Shown: one piece after another, positions 37,612 through 48,107 of the stretch | How the letters are laid out: each line of letters opens with the position of its first letter | Position numbering within the stretch: position 1 is the stretch's first letter | Assembly: GCA_963612025.1 (NCBI GenBank) | Contig: CAVDUB010000003.1 | Span: 37,235 to 101,234 of the forward strand | Direction of reading: 5' to 3' | Length of the DNA stretch: 64,000 nucleotides | Source: a bacterium | Lineage (GTDB): Bacteria > Bacillota_I > Bacilli_A > RFN20 > CAG-288 | The notes under the pieces: generated by a model | What the model saw: the letters and a program-made list of their open reading frames with translations, nothing else | The model's database searches: none | What the model was told of the DNA's origin: nothing | Made by a program: the position numbers and the translations under genes

Positions 37612-38097
37612 TTATTCAGAAACTTGCTCTGGCTTTTTTGTGAGTGAGAAGAAAGGGGTGATGACAGAAACAAGCCATGTGACTAAATAGAAGATGAAGG
37701 TTGTGATGCTCAAGGAAGCGGAATGAAGATTATCGGCTGTCTTGACTTCTCCGGCTAAGTTGGCATCAGAGAAGAAGATGTAGCCGAAACCTTCGGCACG
37801 GCTTCCGATGATGTTCAAGGCTGTTGAGATAAGGAAGACGCTTGCGCCGATCAGAAGGATGGATTGAACAATGGGAAGAATCTTTTCGAGCGCTCCTTTT
37901 TTTGGAATGAATGAGATGGCAATAGCAAGAAGAAGGCATAAGAGAGCAAAAATGGTGAATAAGACGACGAACGCCACAGGAACCTGATGAAAATATCCAG
38001 CAGCTGAGACGCTGACACCATATAGAATCCAAGAAATGATTGTGAGAATGAAAGTGGCAAGAGCCAAATAGGTTGCGATACCAAATTTTTTCAACAT
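37612..38097 (-). CDS. Small membrane protein (4 TM), co-transcribed downstream of the GH3 gene
   Basis: Hydrophobic ORF starting 5 nt after the GH3 stop. Confidence 0.4.
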   Translation of the reverse strand: MLKKFGIATYLALATFILTIISWILYGVSVSAAGYFHQVPVAFVVLFTIFALLCLLLAIAISFIPKKGALEKILPIVQSILLIGASVFLISTALNIIGSRAEGFGYIFFSDANLAGEVKTADNLHSASLSITTFIFYLVTWLVSVITPFFSLTKKPEQVSE

Positions 38098-38101
38098 GAT
38101 A

Positions 38102-41100
38102 CTATTCTCCTTTTAGACCGTTTAAGACGACCATGACGCCGCCAGCCAAAGAAAGAACACTGAATACGACGATGCATGTGACGATGGTTGCTTCCCACCA
38201 AGGCGTGACACGGACGGTGGTGACATTCATCAAAGCGGAATTGGCAAAGGCAAACAACTGATATTTTAAGTTCTGTCTGGCCTGTTCGACAAGAGCGTTG
38301 TCGTTCTTGATGGCTTCGGGAGATAAATATCCCCATGTCTTGTCGGTGCCGGAATTGTCTTTGGCCTGATTTAGATGGTTGTCGTTCGCGGCGAAATCAG
38401 CCATCATGGTGATTGTCGCCATGGTTGCGGATTCTGGATTGAAGTAGTAGGCATTGTTCATCATATCCGTAGAGATAAGGCCATTGAAATTCCATTCGCT
38501 GCGGAAGATGCCTTTGATGAGGCCGATGTTATGTGAGACGTTGGTCGCTCCCAATCTGTTGAATGCGACCATCATACCTAAGGCACCTTCATCTTCGATG
38601 GACATCTGGAAGCCTCTGAGATCTGTTTCACGGACTTTCTGTTCCGTCATATAGACCTGAAGACCGGAACGGTCATGCTCCTGATCGTTGAAGCCGATAT
38701 GCTTTGGCCCGACAATGATGCCATATTTCTTCGAACCGCGGATGATGGCGCCGCCAAGGATATTGCAGAGCATCGGATCTTCACTTGGATATTCCGTATT
38801 TCTTCCGTTGTAGGCTGTACGATGATAATTCAGCGCGGCACCCCAGATTTCGAATTTGTTGACCCATAATCCGGTATTGCCGAGTAAATCGCCCCAATCT
38901 TCAGCTAGTTTCGGAGAGAAGCAAGAGCCAAGAAGGGTCTGTGAATTGATACAGGCCTTGAATTTGCCTTCTTCAGATTCGGGATCGACATAATAGGCGT
39001 CGCCTTCCTTGCTGTCTTTTTTGGCTAGAGTCGTTGAGTTAAATCCGTTTGGACCATCGTTCTGTCCGACGATTGGATTCTCTGCGCCGGTCAAGGTGTC
39101 GGATTGGTTTCCGCCATGTGCAATGGCGCCAAGCGCTTCTTCGGCTGGAATCTCATCAACAAGCTTTGTCCAGAAATCGGAATTGATGTCGGTCAAGGCA
39201 TCGCCGGATGCATCTGCAAATTTGACGCCATGATCGATGCCATCGAAATTCTTTACTGGGTCATCTGTCTTGACGGTATAGTTCTTGTTCTGCAGATTCT
39301 TTATCCATTCATCTTTTTTCGGCGAAGATGCGATGGTAAATGCGTTTTCACTCTTGTTATAGTTCTTTGGATAGGTCGTATCCCAAGCGCTTCTTGTCAG
39401 GTAGGTAACCTTGTCTTTCTCATCGAGGAAATAGTTGATATCTGCGTCATCGACCTTGTTGGTGATGGCAGATCCGGAAGCGGATTTCGAGAACGTGACT
39501 GTATCGGTGTTGGATTCGGTTCCGTTATCCCAGACAAAGACCTTTCCTTCATCTCCTTCGACAGAGTAGCCTTCTTTCTTGAGGACGTTGTTCACAGCTT
39601 CATGGGAGCCATTGCCTGTGGCGAAATAATATTTTCCTCCATCAAGGATATAGGTCTTGGCTTTTTTATAGTCATAGGAAGCAAGATATTTGGTTGGGAC
39701 GCTCAACGTCACCTGCTTTGTAGCACCTTTTTCGATATGGACTTTTTCAGAAGAAAGGAAGTTGATGGCTGATTTTTCGACAAGATTTTCCTTATCATAA
39801 TCTGTATAAGGCGTATGAACATAGAGCTGACCTAAGAAATCACCGTCCTTGTCGCTTGTATTTGTGATTTCGATGGTTGCGACGACGTTTCCGTCAACCT
39901 TTTTGTCGACTGTGACATTGGTGAGCTTTTCGGTGTAGGAAAGATAGGATTGACCATATCCGAATGGATAACAGACTTCATGGTCATAGGTCCATTGGCT
40001 GTCGCCAGGGTAGGAGATGCCGACATTTGCGGAAGCATTTCCGTATTTGCGAATGACATCATAGTATCTCGTTTCGTAATACATGTATCCGGTATAGATG
40101 GATTCGGCCTCGACGATGTAATATCCACCGCTGTAGGAGGCGGATCCACCGAATGAGCCGGTGACATCATTGGAAATGTCGACATTCCATCTTGGATCCT
40201 GTCCTGCTTTCGTGGCAAGACTTTGGTAGTCGGTGAAGTATCCGCCACCGAAATTCTGCATGGCCGGGTTGACAGCAGTATCATAGGCATAGGTGTCGGC
40301 TAAGGCACCAGTAGAATTGTATTCTCCGGTTAGAACCTGCACGATTCCAGTGAACTGGTAGTCGTTTGGAATGCCGATATAGGCAATGCCATCGACTTTG
40401 TGTTCGCCTTCCAATAATGGCCCAACTTCGATTGTGCAGGAGGTGTTGAGCAGAACAACGACTTTTTTGCAGGTTTCCTTGGCCAAATCGATGATGGCAA
40501 GTTCTTCGGGAGAAATGGCAAGCGGATTCTGATCGAGCTTGTTTCCTTTGGCATCCTTGGAGACACCAGGATAATAGGTTGTTCCCTCTCCGCCTGGCCT
40601 CATAAGGACGACAATTCCTGTCTCGTTCTGATTTGCTTTGACTGTTTCTTTCCAGTTGCTTTCCGCCTGGCCCCCTTCTCCTTTTCCTAAGGTGAAGTAG
40701 GAGGTGTCGATTTCCTTGACTTGGAATCCTGTATCATCATAGTCTCCTGCGGAGGTGTTTGGAGCGAATTTATAGGTGCGTTTTTTCTCCATTTTGCCTG
40801 TCCATCGATTGGGGACTTCGACCTCCGTATAGACATCGAGCAAGTTCGTATAGATGCTTTTGATGGTCGGATCAAGTGTGACATTGCTCGACTCGAGTGC
40901 GCTGACCAAATCAACTTGATCTGTGTTTCCGGCTGCGGAGAAATAAGGAGAATAAGCGGCATTGCCAAACAACGCGACTTTCTTTCCGATTGGGAAGGAC
41001 TGATTGTCATTTTTCATGATGACTGTTCCTTCTCTTCCTTCGCGGACGGCCAATTCTTTGGCCGCATTCATCACTTCTTTTCCGGTCTTGTACTTGGATT

Positions 41101-41260
41101 TGTATTTTGTGGAATTGTTGTCGACCTTGTAAGACTGGGAACCCAATGCGTTGTCGACCTGCGTTCTAAATCCGTTTGCGATGCCATAGCCTAAGCTTGC
41201 CATGACGACCAAGGATAAAGACACGCCAGTCAATCCGCGCCACAGATTTGATTTTTTCAT
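38102..41260 (-). CDS. Glycoside hydrolase family 3 with reversed domain order, N-terminal signal peptide and C-terminal TM anchor
   Basis: The GH3 C-terminal alpha/beta domain ('GTVIMKNDNQSFPIGKKVALFGNAAY', 'VVVLLNTSCTIEVGPLL') comes first. An Fn3-like domain ('ATIEITNTSDKDGDFLGQLYVHTP') follows. The GH3 catalytic barrel ('GPKHIGFNDQEHDR', 'NGLISTDMM') comes last. The hydrophobic C-terminus 'TIVTCIVVFSVLSLAGGVMVV' forms the anchor. Confidence 0.7.
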   Translation of the reverse strand: MKKSNLWRGLTGVSLSLVVMASLGYGIANGFRTQVDNALGSQSYKVDNNSTKYKSKYKTGKEVMNAAKELAVREGREGTVIMKNDNQSFPIGKKVALFGNAAYSPYFSAAGNTDQVDLVSALESSNVTLDPTIKSIYTNLLDVYTEVEVPNRWTGKMEKKRTYKFAPNTSAGDYDDTGFQVKEIDTSYFTLGKGEGGQAESNWKETVKANQNETGIVVLMRPGGEGTTYYPGVSKDAKGNKLDQNPLAISPEELAIIDLAKETCKKVVVLLNTSCTIEVGPLLEGEHKVDGIAYIGIPNDYQFTGIVQVLTGEYNSTGALADTYAYDTAVNPAMQNFGGGYFTDYQSLATKAGQDPRWNVDISNDVTGSFGGSASYSGGYYIVEAESIYTGYMYYETRYYDVIRKYGNASANVGISYPGDSQWTYDHEVCYPFGYGQSYLSYTEKLTNVTVDKKVDGNVVATIEITNTSDKDGDFLGQLYVHTPYTDYDKENLVEKSAINFLSSEKVHIEKGATKQVTLSVPTKYLASYDYKKAKTYILDGGKYYFATGNGSHEAVNNVLKKEGYSVEGDEGKVFVWDNGTESNTDTVTFSKSASGSAITNKVDDADINYFLDEKDKVTYLTRSAWDTTYPKNYNKSENAFTIASSPKKDEWIKNLQNKNYTVKTDDPVKNFDGIDHGVKFADASGDALTDINSDFWTKLVDEIPAEEALGAIAHGGNQSDTLTGAENPIVGQNDGPNGFNSTTLAKKDSKEGDAYYVDPESEEGKFKACINSQTLLGSCFSPKLAEDWGDLLGNTGLWVNKFEIWGAALNYHRTAYNGRNTEYPSEDPMLCNILGGAIIRGSKKYGIIVGPKHIGFNDQEHDRSGLQVYMTEQKVRETDLRGFQMSIEDEGALGMMVAFNRLGATNVSHNIGLIKGIFRSEWNFNGLISTDMMNNAYYFNPESATMATITMMADFAANDNHLNQAKDNSGTDKTWGYLSPEAIKNDNALVEQARQNLKYQLFAFANSALMNVTTVRVTPWWEATIVTCIVVFSVLSLAGGVMVVLNGLKGE

Positions 41261-41543
41261 AGACGTTTTCCTCCCTTTGATTGAAAGTCTATTGTCGCGA
41301 AATGGGAGCTTTTCATTTGAGCATTGACTTACGAATTGTTTTTGAAAACGCTATCATTCCGATGACGATTGTATTCTATCATGTTCTTTCATGTGACGTT
41401 CGATTATTTTTGTTTTGAAAACAAAATAGATAAATAAGCATAGAAACGCCTTGTTATAGACATAAACAATCAAAAATAAGCAAAAAATAGTACGTAAAAT
41501 TATAGAAAGTGAATTCTATGAAACGAAGCAAGTGCTTTCATTT

Positions 41544-42305
41544 TCAGTGATTGGAGATTTTGATTCCGTTTTCTTTGTAGGCTAGGATTGTTTGATCGCA
41601 TGCGTTTGTATAGATTGCATCATAATCCGAAAGCGAACAGGTTCTGTATGGCTGAGAAAAACTGAATTTGTTTTTGTCAGCCAAAAGAATTTTCTGGTTG
41701 CTTCTTTTCAGTGCGTTGGATTTGAGTTCCATGGTTTCCAATGTCGGTTCATAGCTTCCATCCATTTGAATGGACGCGCAGCTGACTAAGCTGAGATCGA
41801 ACCGGAACCGGCTCAGCATGTCATTGGCAAAACAACCATCTGTGGAGTAGGACACATATTGGACAACACCGCCAAGAAAGATGATTTTCACATTTGGCTT
41901 ATTGAAAAATTTCATTGCCAGATGCAGCCCGTTGGTGACGATTGTCTTGTATTGGAAATCCATTTTTTCAGCTAAAGCAAGACAGGTCGAAGAATTATCG
42001 ATGAATATGGTATTGAAGGCAGGTAATCGGCTGAGGGCAATTGTGGCAGTCTTTTCTTTATCGGAGGCATTCTTCTCGATTCTCACAAAAATATTCGGCT
42101 CATTCTCTTCGCTTGTCAGAAGGGCTCCTCCATGGGTTCTTTTGACCATGCCAAGTTTTTGCATTTCATTGAGGTCTCTGCGAATGGTCGCTTCTGAGAC
42201 ATAGAGCATTTTCGAGAGTTCTTCGACGGTTGCACGCTGATGCTTTTTCAGGTAGTCCTCAATCTCCTTGAATCTTTCCGTGGTGAACAAGACATTTTCA
42301 GGCAT
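41544..42305 (-). CDS. DeoR-family transcriptional regulator
   Basis: N-terminal HTH 'LYVSEATIRRDL' and a C-terminal DeoR sugar-binding domain. AAGGAGG RBS precedes ATG 42305. Confidence 0.75.
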   Translation of the reverse strand: MPENVLFTTERFKEIEDYLKKHQRATVEELSKMLYVSEATIRRDLNEMQKLGMVKRTHGGALLTSEENEPNIFVRIEKNASDKEKTATIALSRLPAFNTIFIDNSSTCLALAEKMDFQYKTIVTNGLHLAMKFFNKPNVKIIFLGGVVQYVSYSTDGCFANDMLSRFRFDLSLVSCASIQMDGSYEPTLETMELKSNALKRSNQKILLADKNKFSFSQPYRTCSLSDYDAIYTNACDQTILAYKENGIKISNH

Positions 42306-42461
42306 GATGAAAGGCCTCCTTTTTTCTATTATTATGATTGTTGATGATTGATATTGCAAATTTTTGCTTGGTCATTTTCTTTGTGCTCTAAGAACAAAGT
42401 TTGACAAATTAATTATAGGTATATAGTAGAATGGTGCTAGAAAAGTTTGTGACCCAACTAT

Positions 42462-42482
42462 TTTTGTGCTGCGGGCACAAAA
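42462..42482. promoter_or_regulatory. Palindrome TTTTGTGC-tgcgg-GCACAAAA in the DeoR / SDR divergent intergenic region
   Basis: Read directly. It is a candidate operator or weak bidirectional terminator. Confidence 0.25.
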
Positions 42483-42561
42483 TAAGATGTAAGGGCTTTA
42501 AACTTGTATACAAGAAGTCTATAATTTGTGGAAGGGCAATGCCCGAAAAAGGAGAAAAAAT

Positions 42562-43362
42562 ATGGATACAAATGCATTCCGTCTAGATGGAAAAGTCGCT
42601 TTGGTCACAGGTGCCAGCTATGGCATCGGTTTTGCCATTGCTTCTGCTTACGCTCAAATGGGCGCCAAGATTGTCTTCAATGATCGCAATGAAGAAAAGC
42701 TTCAGGCCGGTATCAAGTCCTACAAGGAAATTGGCATCGATGCAAAAGGCTATATTTGTGATGTCACCAAGGAAGATCAGGTTAAGGCCATGGTCGAAGA
42801 TATCATCAAGGAATTTGGTCACCTTGATATCTTGGTCAACAATGCGGGTATCATCAAACGTATCCCGATGACGGAGATGTCGTCTGAAGATTTCAGAGGT
42901 GTTGTCGATGTCGACTTGGTTGCTCCATTCATTGTCTCCAAGGCTGTCATTCCTTATATGATTAAGGAAGGCCATGGAAAGATTATCAATATCTGCTCCA
43001 TGATGTCTGAACTTGGAAGAGAGACTGTCTCTGCCTATGCAGCTGCTAAGGGTGGTTTGAAGATGCTCACCAGAAATATCTGCTCTGAATATGGTGAAGC
43101 CAACATTCAGTGCAACGGCATCGGCCCTGGCTATATCGCCACTCCACAGACTGCTCCTTTGAGAGAAAAACAGCCCGATGGTTCCATGCATCCATTCGAT
43201 GCCTTCATCCGTGCAAAGACACCAGCTGCAAGATGGGGAACTCCGGAAGATCTTCAGGGACCGGCTGTCTTCTTGGCTTCTGATGCGTCGAACTTCGTCA
43301 ATGGACATATCCTCTATGTCGATGGCGGCATCTTGGCCTACATCGGCAAACAGCCTAAGTAA
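42562..43362 (+). CDS. kduD: SDR oxidoreductase, 2-dehydro-3-deoxy-D-gluconate 5-dehydrogenase / gluconate 5-dehydrogenase-like
   Basis: 'VALVTGASYGIGFAIA', 'NNAG' and a YxxxK-type SDR active-site region. It lies in a pectin-catabolism locus. Confidence 0.65.
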   Translation: MDTNAFRLDGKVALVTGASYGIGFAIASAYAQMGAKIVFNDRNEEKLQAGIKSYKEIGIDAKGYICDVTKEDQVKAMVEDIIKEFGHLDILVNNAGIIKRIPMTEMSSEDFRGVVDVDLVAPFIVSKAVIPYMIKEGHGKIINICSMMSELGRETVSAYAAAKGGLKMLTRNICSEYGEANIQCNGIGPGYIATPQTAPLREKQPDGSMHPFDAFIRAKTPAARWGTPEDLQGPAVFLASDASNFVNGHILYVDGGILAYIGKQPK

Positions 43363-43417
43363 TCTGATTTGTTTTTGAAATTCTCTTGCCTAGACAAGGG
43401 AGAAAGGATTCTTCAAT

Positions 43418-44368
43418 ATGAGAAATAACAAAAAAACATTATCCATGTTTCTTCTTGCTATCAGCACGCTTTCGATGACGGGCTGTGCAAAGGAAATGAA
43501 AGTCGATGCCTATGGTATTAATACAGGATGGAAAAACCAATATTATGGTGATTCCGTTTTCATGACCCGTTCTGTCGTGAAGAGCGGAAAATTCGTTTCC
43601 GCCTCTCTTGAAGAGACCTATACTCCCAATGTCTGGGCAAGAATCGAATCGGATGATTTGTCCAAGGTCGGAGAGGACGACTATCTGACTGTGAAAGATG
43701 TCAAACTGGAAACAGGTGACACTGGCAATTTGTATTTTGCCAAATATATCGAAATCAACGGCACAATCTGGACAGGAAATATCCGCGATGAGGATGACAG
43801 ATATTACAGTCATTATGAATATGTTCAGTATTCGGCTTCGGACAATACCGAATCTGCTGATAATGACCTTTTGAGATACCTTTCCGTCAAGGATGCTTCG
43901 ACTTATAAGTTGGGTGATAACGTGAAAACTTACTACAATGCGGTCATTGATGGAAACATCAAGATTATGAAAAAGACCAGTGAGGACAAATACGACGATT
44001 CTACAATCGCTCCGTATTTCCCGAACGGAAAGAAGCTCAAGAGCGAGAATATTGAAGTTTGGAAGAACTCTGCAAAGGCGCTTTGCGATTACTTTGTCGG
44101 AAAGGGTTTAAACTACAAAGAAAAAATTGAAGATCCGGCCTTCGACACGCATTACACTCTGAAATTGGATGACGGAACATGGTTTTACAATCCGGAACTC
44201 TGCAATATCAATAATGAAAAACAGAAACAAGTGAACGAAGCGGAAAAGAATGGATGGGAAGAAATCAAGGGATGCACGAAAGATGGCATCAATTCCATTG
44301 AAATGGACCTTTATTTCTATACCTTCAACCAAGCCTTTGCCTCTGTTGAATACGATTCTCTTTCATAA
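43418..44368 (+). CDS. Lipoprotein of unknown function
   Basis: Lipobox 'LSMTGC'. Length is 316 aa. Confidence 0.5.
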   Translation: MRNNKKTLSMFLLAISTLSMTGCAKEMKVDAYGINTGWKNQYYGDSVFMTRSVVKSGKFVSASLEETYTPNVWARIESDDLSKVGEDDYLTVKDVKLETGDTGNLYFAKYIEINGTIWTGNIRDEDDRYYSHYEYVQYSASDNTESADNDLLRYLSVKDASTYKLGDNVKTYYNAVIDGNIKIMKKTSEDKYDDSTIAPYFPNGKKLKSENIEVWKNSAKALCDYFVGKGLNYKEKIEDPAFDTHYTLKLDDGTWFYNPELCNINNEKQKQVNEAEKNGWEEIKGCTKDGINSIEMDLYFYTFNQAFASVEYDSLS

Positions 44369-44373
44369 AGATA

Positions 44374-45204
44374 ATGGAATACAGACTTCTTTATCCGGGA
44401 TATAAAAAGAAAGCTGTCACCTTCTCATATGATGATGGCGTTATCCAGGATGTGAAACTCATCGAAATTCTCAATCGCTATTCCCTCAAAGGAACGTTCA
44501 ATCTGAATTATGGACAATCCGGGGAAGGAAAAGTTCGCCTGGACAAAGATGGAAAAGAGATTGATTGTTCTCATCTTCTTCTTGATGAGAATGTCTCTCT
44601 CTATCAGAATCATGAAATTGCGAATCATACTTATCATCATCCTCATCTTGAGACCATTGATGAAGAGATGCAACTTGAGGAATATAAGACCAACAAAGTC
44701 GCCTTGGAAAGAGTCTTTCAGAAACCGGTTCTTGGAGCCGCCTATCCCTATGGGACATACAATATGGATAGCATAAAGGCCCAAAAAAAACTTGGCATCG
44801 AATATGACAGAACGACGCGGTCGACTTATTCCTTTGCTCTTCCGTATGATTGGCTCTTGTGGCATCCCACAATTCATCATCGCGATCCGAAGATGATGGA
44901 AATTCTTGAAAAATTCTTTGTCGCAGAAGATGAATTGGCCTTGCTCTATATATGGGGCCATGCCTATGAGTTTGCAATCGATCATAATTTTGAACTGATG
45001 GAGGAAATCGGAAAGAAATTATCCGCACACTCCGATATTGCCTACATGACAAATCATGAAGTCTATGCTTATGTTCATGCGGCTGGCATGGTTTATTATC
45101 GAAATGAGAAGTTTGTGAATCCAAGCGAAGAAGATGTCTATTTAATGGTCGATGGGACAATGATTCTTGTTCCTGCCAAAGGGGAGGTAACCTATGTTAG
45201 ATGA
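44374..45204 (+). CDS. Polysaccharide deacetylase (carbohydrate esterase family 4-like)
   Basis: 'VTFSYDDG' (TFDDG motif) and a His-rich metal-binding region 'HTYHHPHL'. Confidence 0.6.
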   Translation: MEYRLLYPGYKKKAVTFSYDDGVIQDVKLIEILNRYSLKGTFNLNYGQSGEGKVRLDKDGKEIDCSHLLLDENVSLYQNHEIANHTYHHPHLETIDEEMQLEEYKTNKVALERVFQKPVLGAAYPYGTYNMDSIKAQKKLGIEYDRTTRSTYSFALPYDWLLWHPTIHHRDPKMMEILEKFFVAEDELALLYIWGHAYEFAIDHNFELMEEIGKKLSAHSDIAYMTNHEVYAYVHAAGMVYYRNEKFVNPSEEDVYLMVDGTMILVPAKGEVTYVR

Positions 45205-46204
45205 TACGAAGACGGTCATCGGATTGGGTGAATTCCTGATTCGATTTACTGCGGAACGAGGAACTTTGATCCGTGAAGCAAGAAACTATGTCGCCAACTA
45301 TGGTGGCAGTGAAGCAAATGTCATTATTTCCTTGTGTCATTTAGGACATAAAGGCCGATACATCACCCGAGTCAGCAATGATGAATTGGGTTTAGGTGCT
45401 ATTGATTATCTGAAAACTCAGGGCGTGGATACTTCCTTCATTCAGATGAGAGGCGAGCATCCATTAGGAACAAGCATTGTTGAGGAAGGTGAAGGATGCA
45501 GACCGAGCGTTGTCATTTATAATCGAAAATGGTCTTCTGCAGCCCAGATGAAGCCGGAGGATTTCGATATTGAGGGCTTCTTGCAGAATGGAAACATCTT
45601 CCATGTCTCGGGAATCACTTTGTCCATTTCCGAAAAGGCTAGAAATACGGCAATTGCTGCCATGAAAAAGGCAAAGGAAATGGGAATGAAAGTCTCTTTC
45701 GACTTCAATTATCGAAAGAAGTTGATGTCCCTTGAGGATGCAAAGAAGGTTTATCCTTGCATTGCGAAATACGCCGATATTGTTTCCGCCTCCCCATGGG
45801 ATATAAAAGAACTTCTTGGTTTCCATCCGGATGAGGAAAATCAGGATAAATTGTTCGAAGATGCCTGCAAGGAATTTGGCTTTGAATATATTTTCACTAG
45901 AAAGAGAACAATTATCTCTTCCCGTGTGCAGAAACTCCAGGCTTTTGCCTATACAAAGGACAAGAAAGTCATCGGAAAAGAATATCAATTCGAAATCTTT
46001 GATCGCATCGGTGCTGGTGATGCCTTTGTGGCTGGATATCTGCATGGCTTGCTTAAAGATGAAGACGATTTGGCTCAGGCTATGAAATATGGCATGGCCA
46101 ACTGTGTTTTGGAACAGACAATCCTTGGGGACTGCTCGAGGTTTTCTGAAAAAGATCTGGATCGTTTCTTAGAAACATCCGGACTTCAGGAGGTGGATCG
46201 ATGA
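45194..46204 (+). CDS. kdgK: PfkB-family sugar kinase, 2-dehydro-3-deoxygluconokinase-like
   Basis: 'GAGDAFVAGYL' PfkB signature 2 and an N-terminal GG motif. Confidence 0.7.
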   Translation: MLDDTKTVIGLGEFLIRFTAERGTLIREARNYVANYGGSEANVIISLCHLGHKGRYITRVSNDELGLGAIDYLKTQGVDTSFIQMRGEHPLGTSIVEEGEGCRPSVVIYNRKWSSAAQMKPEDFDIEGFLQNGNIFHVSGITLSISEKARNTAIAAMKKAKEMGMKVSFDFNYRKKLMSLEDAKKVYPCIAKYADIVSASPWDIKELLGFHPDEENQDKLFEDACKEFGFEYIFTRKRTIISSRVQKLQAFAYTKDKKVIGKEYQFEIFDRIGAGDAFVAGYLHGLLKDEDDLAQAMKYGMANCVLEQTILGDCSRFSEKDLDRFLETSGLQEVDR

Positions 46205-46875
46205 ATTTGATTTTCCTAGGTGATTCCCTTATGCAACCAAATGGGATGGACACCTATCCTCAGAAAGGTTGGCCTCAGATGCTTGACCCTTATCTGGCAG
46301 ATCCAGAAGAAACAAAGGTTTTGGATTTTGCTCTCAATGGAAGAAGCACGAAATCTTTCCTTGATGAGGGAAGATTCAAGGAAGCACTTGATGCTGCCAA
46401 AGACGGAGATGTCTGCTTCATATCCTTTGGACATAACGATGAGAAAATCGAAGATCCAAAAAGATATACGACCCCTTATGGAACCTATATCGAAAATCTT
46501 GCCTATATGGAAAGCGAAATGAAGAAGAAAGGCGTTCGCTCGATCTTCTTAACAAGCGTCACAAGATTGAAATATGATGAGAATGGTCTCCTACTTCATA
46601 CGCACAAGGAATATCCGACGGCGATGAAGGAATTGGCTGAGAAACTCCATGATCCACTGATCGATTTGGAAAATCTCACCTATGATGATCTACAAAAGCA
46701 TTCGAAAGAAGAGAATTCGAAATATTATATGATCCTAAAGCCGGGCGAATTCGAAACGTGTCCGGAAGGAAAGAAAGATACGACTCATATGAGGGTCGAA
46801 GGAGCAAAATGGATTTGTTCCCTTGTCGTTCCGGAAATGAAAAAGATTCCGTTTGTCGCTTCTTGTTTCAAATAA
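46201..46875 (+). CDS. SGNH/GDSL hydrolase, rhamnogalacturonan acetylesterase-like
   Basis: 'LIFLGDSLM' block I with catalytic Ser, 'GHND' block. Its start overlaps the kdgK stop (ATGA). Confidence 0.6.
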   Translation: MNLIFLGDSLMQPNGMDTYPQKGWPQMLDPYLADPEETKVLDFALNGRSTKSFLDEGRFKEALDAAKDGDVCFISFGHNDEKIEDPKRYTTPYGTYIENLAYMESEMKKKGVRSIFLTSVTRLKYDENGLLLHTHKEYPTAMKELAEKLHDPLIDLENLTYDDLQKHSKEENSKYYMILKPGEFETCPEGKKDTTHMRVEGAKWICSLVVPEMKKIPFVASCFK

Positions 46876-46892
46876 AAGGAGGCCTATAGAAA

Positions 46893-48107
46893 ATGCCACT
46901 TGAATTAAAGAATATTTACAAGGTTTATCCAAATGGATACCAAGCCATTACGAATTTCAACCTCAAAATCGAAGACAAGGAGTTCATCGTTCTTGTCGGC
47001 CCGAGCGGTTGCGGTAAATCCACAACGCTTAGAATGATCGCTGGTCTTGAGGACATCACACATGGCGACTTCGTCATTGATGGAAAGAAAGTCAACAATC
47101 TTCCACCGAAGGATCGTGGTATCGCCATGGTTTTCCAAAGCTATGCCCTTTATCCGACGTTGACTGTCTATGAGAACATGGCATTCGCATTGGATTTAGC
47201 TGGCTTTGATGAAGATGTCATCCGCAAGAGAGTTGAAAGCACAGCCAAGATTTTGGGCCTCGAACCCTACTTGGAAAGACTTCCGAGAGCTCTCTCAGGC
47301 GGTCAGAGACAAAGAGTTGCCTTGGGAAGAGCCATTATCCGCAATGCAAAAATCTTCCTTATGGATGAGCCTTTGAGTAACCTCGATGCCAGACAGAGAG
47401 TCTCCATGCGTTCTGAATTGGCAAGAATCCATCGTGATGCCGGTGCAACCACCATCTACGTCACACACGATCAGATTGAAGCAATGACTATGGCTTCGAG
47501 AATCGTCTGTATGGATGTCGGTGTCATCAAGCAGGTCGGCACTCCTGAAGAACTCTATTTCCACCCGAAGAATCTCTTCGTCGCCGGATTCATTGGTGAC
47601 CCGCCGATGAACTTCATCAAGGGAAAAGTCAAAGATGGTACCTTCAAGTCTCTTGATGGCTATTATGACTTCGATCTTTCTTCCTATTCTGCGAAAGCCC
47701 GTGCTCTCCTTGAAGGAAAGAATATCACCCTTGGCTATCGTCCGGAAAACGCAGTTATGGAAGACGAAGTTGTCGATGCAAATGATTATCTTAAGATGAA
47801 TGGTATCATCGAAGTCTATGAAATGCTCGGTGACTTGCAGAACGTCTATCTCAATGTCGGTTCTGAAAAAGCCATCATCAAGGCCAAGCCGGAAGTTGAA
47901 ATCAACATCGGCTCTGAAATGATCTATTACATTAAGAAAACCGATTTCCGTTTCTTTGATTCGGATACAGAAGATGCTATCGAATTTGATGATGAACCAA
48001 TCGAATCCGTTTCTGAAAAAGCTGAAGAAGTGAAGGAAACGGCTCCGGAAGCCTCTCTTGAACAACCGGAAGAAGCACCTGTACAAGGAACGCTTGAATC
48101 GAAATGA
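46893..48107 (+). CDS. msmX: Sugar ABC transporter ATP-binding protein (MsmX/MalK-like)
   Basis: 'GPSGCGKST', 'LSGGQRQRVALGRAI', 'IFLMDEPLSNLD', and a C-terminal TOBE-like domain. Confidence 0.85.
   Translation: MPLELKNIYKVYPNGYQAITNFNLKIEDKEFIVLVGPSGCGKSTTLRMIAGLEDITHGDFVIDGKKVNNLPPKDRGIAMVFQSYALYPTLTVYENMAFALDLAGFDEDVIRKRVESTAKILGLEPYLERLPRALSGGQRQRVALGRAIIRNAKIFLMDEPLSNLDARQRVSMRSELARIHRDAGATTIYVTHDQIEAMTMASRIVCMDVGVIKQVGTPEELYFHPKNLFVAGFIGDPPMNFIKGKVKDGTFKSLDGYYDFDLSSYSAKARALLEGKNITLGYRPENAVMEDEVVDANDYLKMNGIIEVYEMLGDLQNVYLNVGSEKAIIKAKPEVEINIGSEMIYYIKKTDFRFFDSDTEDAIEFDDEPIESVSEKAEEVKETAPEASLEQPEEAPVQGTLESK

Noticed and set aside
44498-45160. 220-aa minus-strand ORF within the CE4 deacetylase gene, and similar antisense ORFs at 42583-43308 and 47295-48086
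   Set aside because: They are antisense shadows of well-supported plus-strand genes and lack independent signals.
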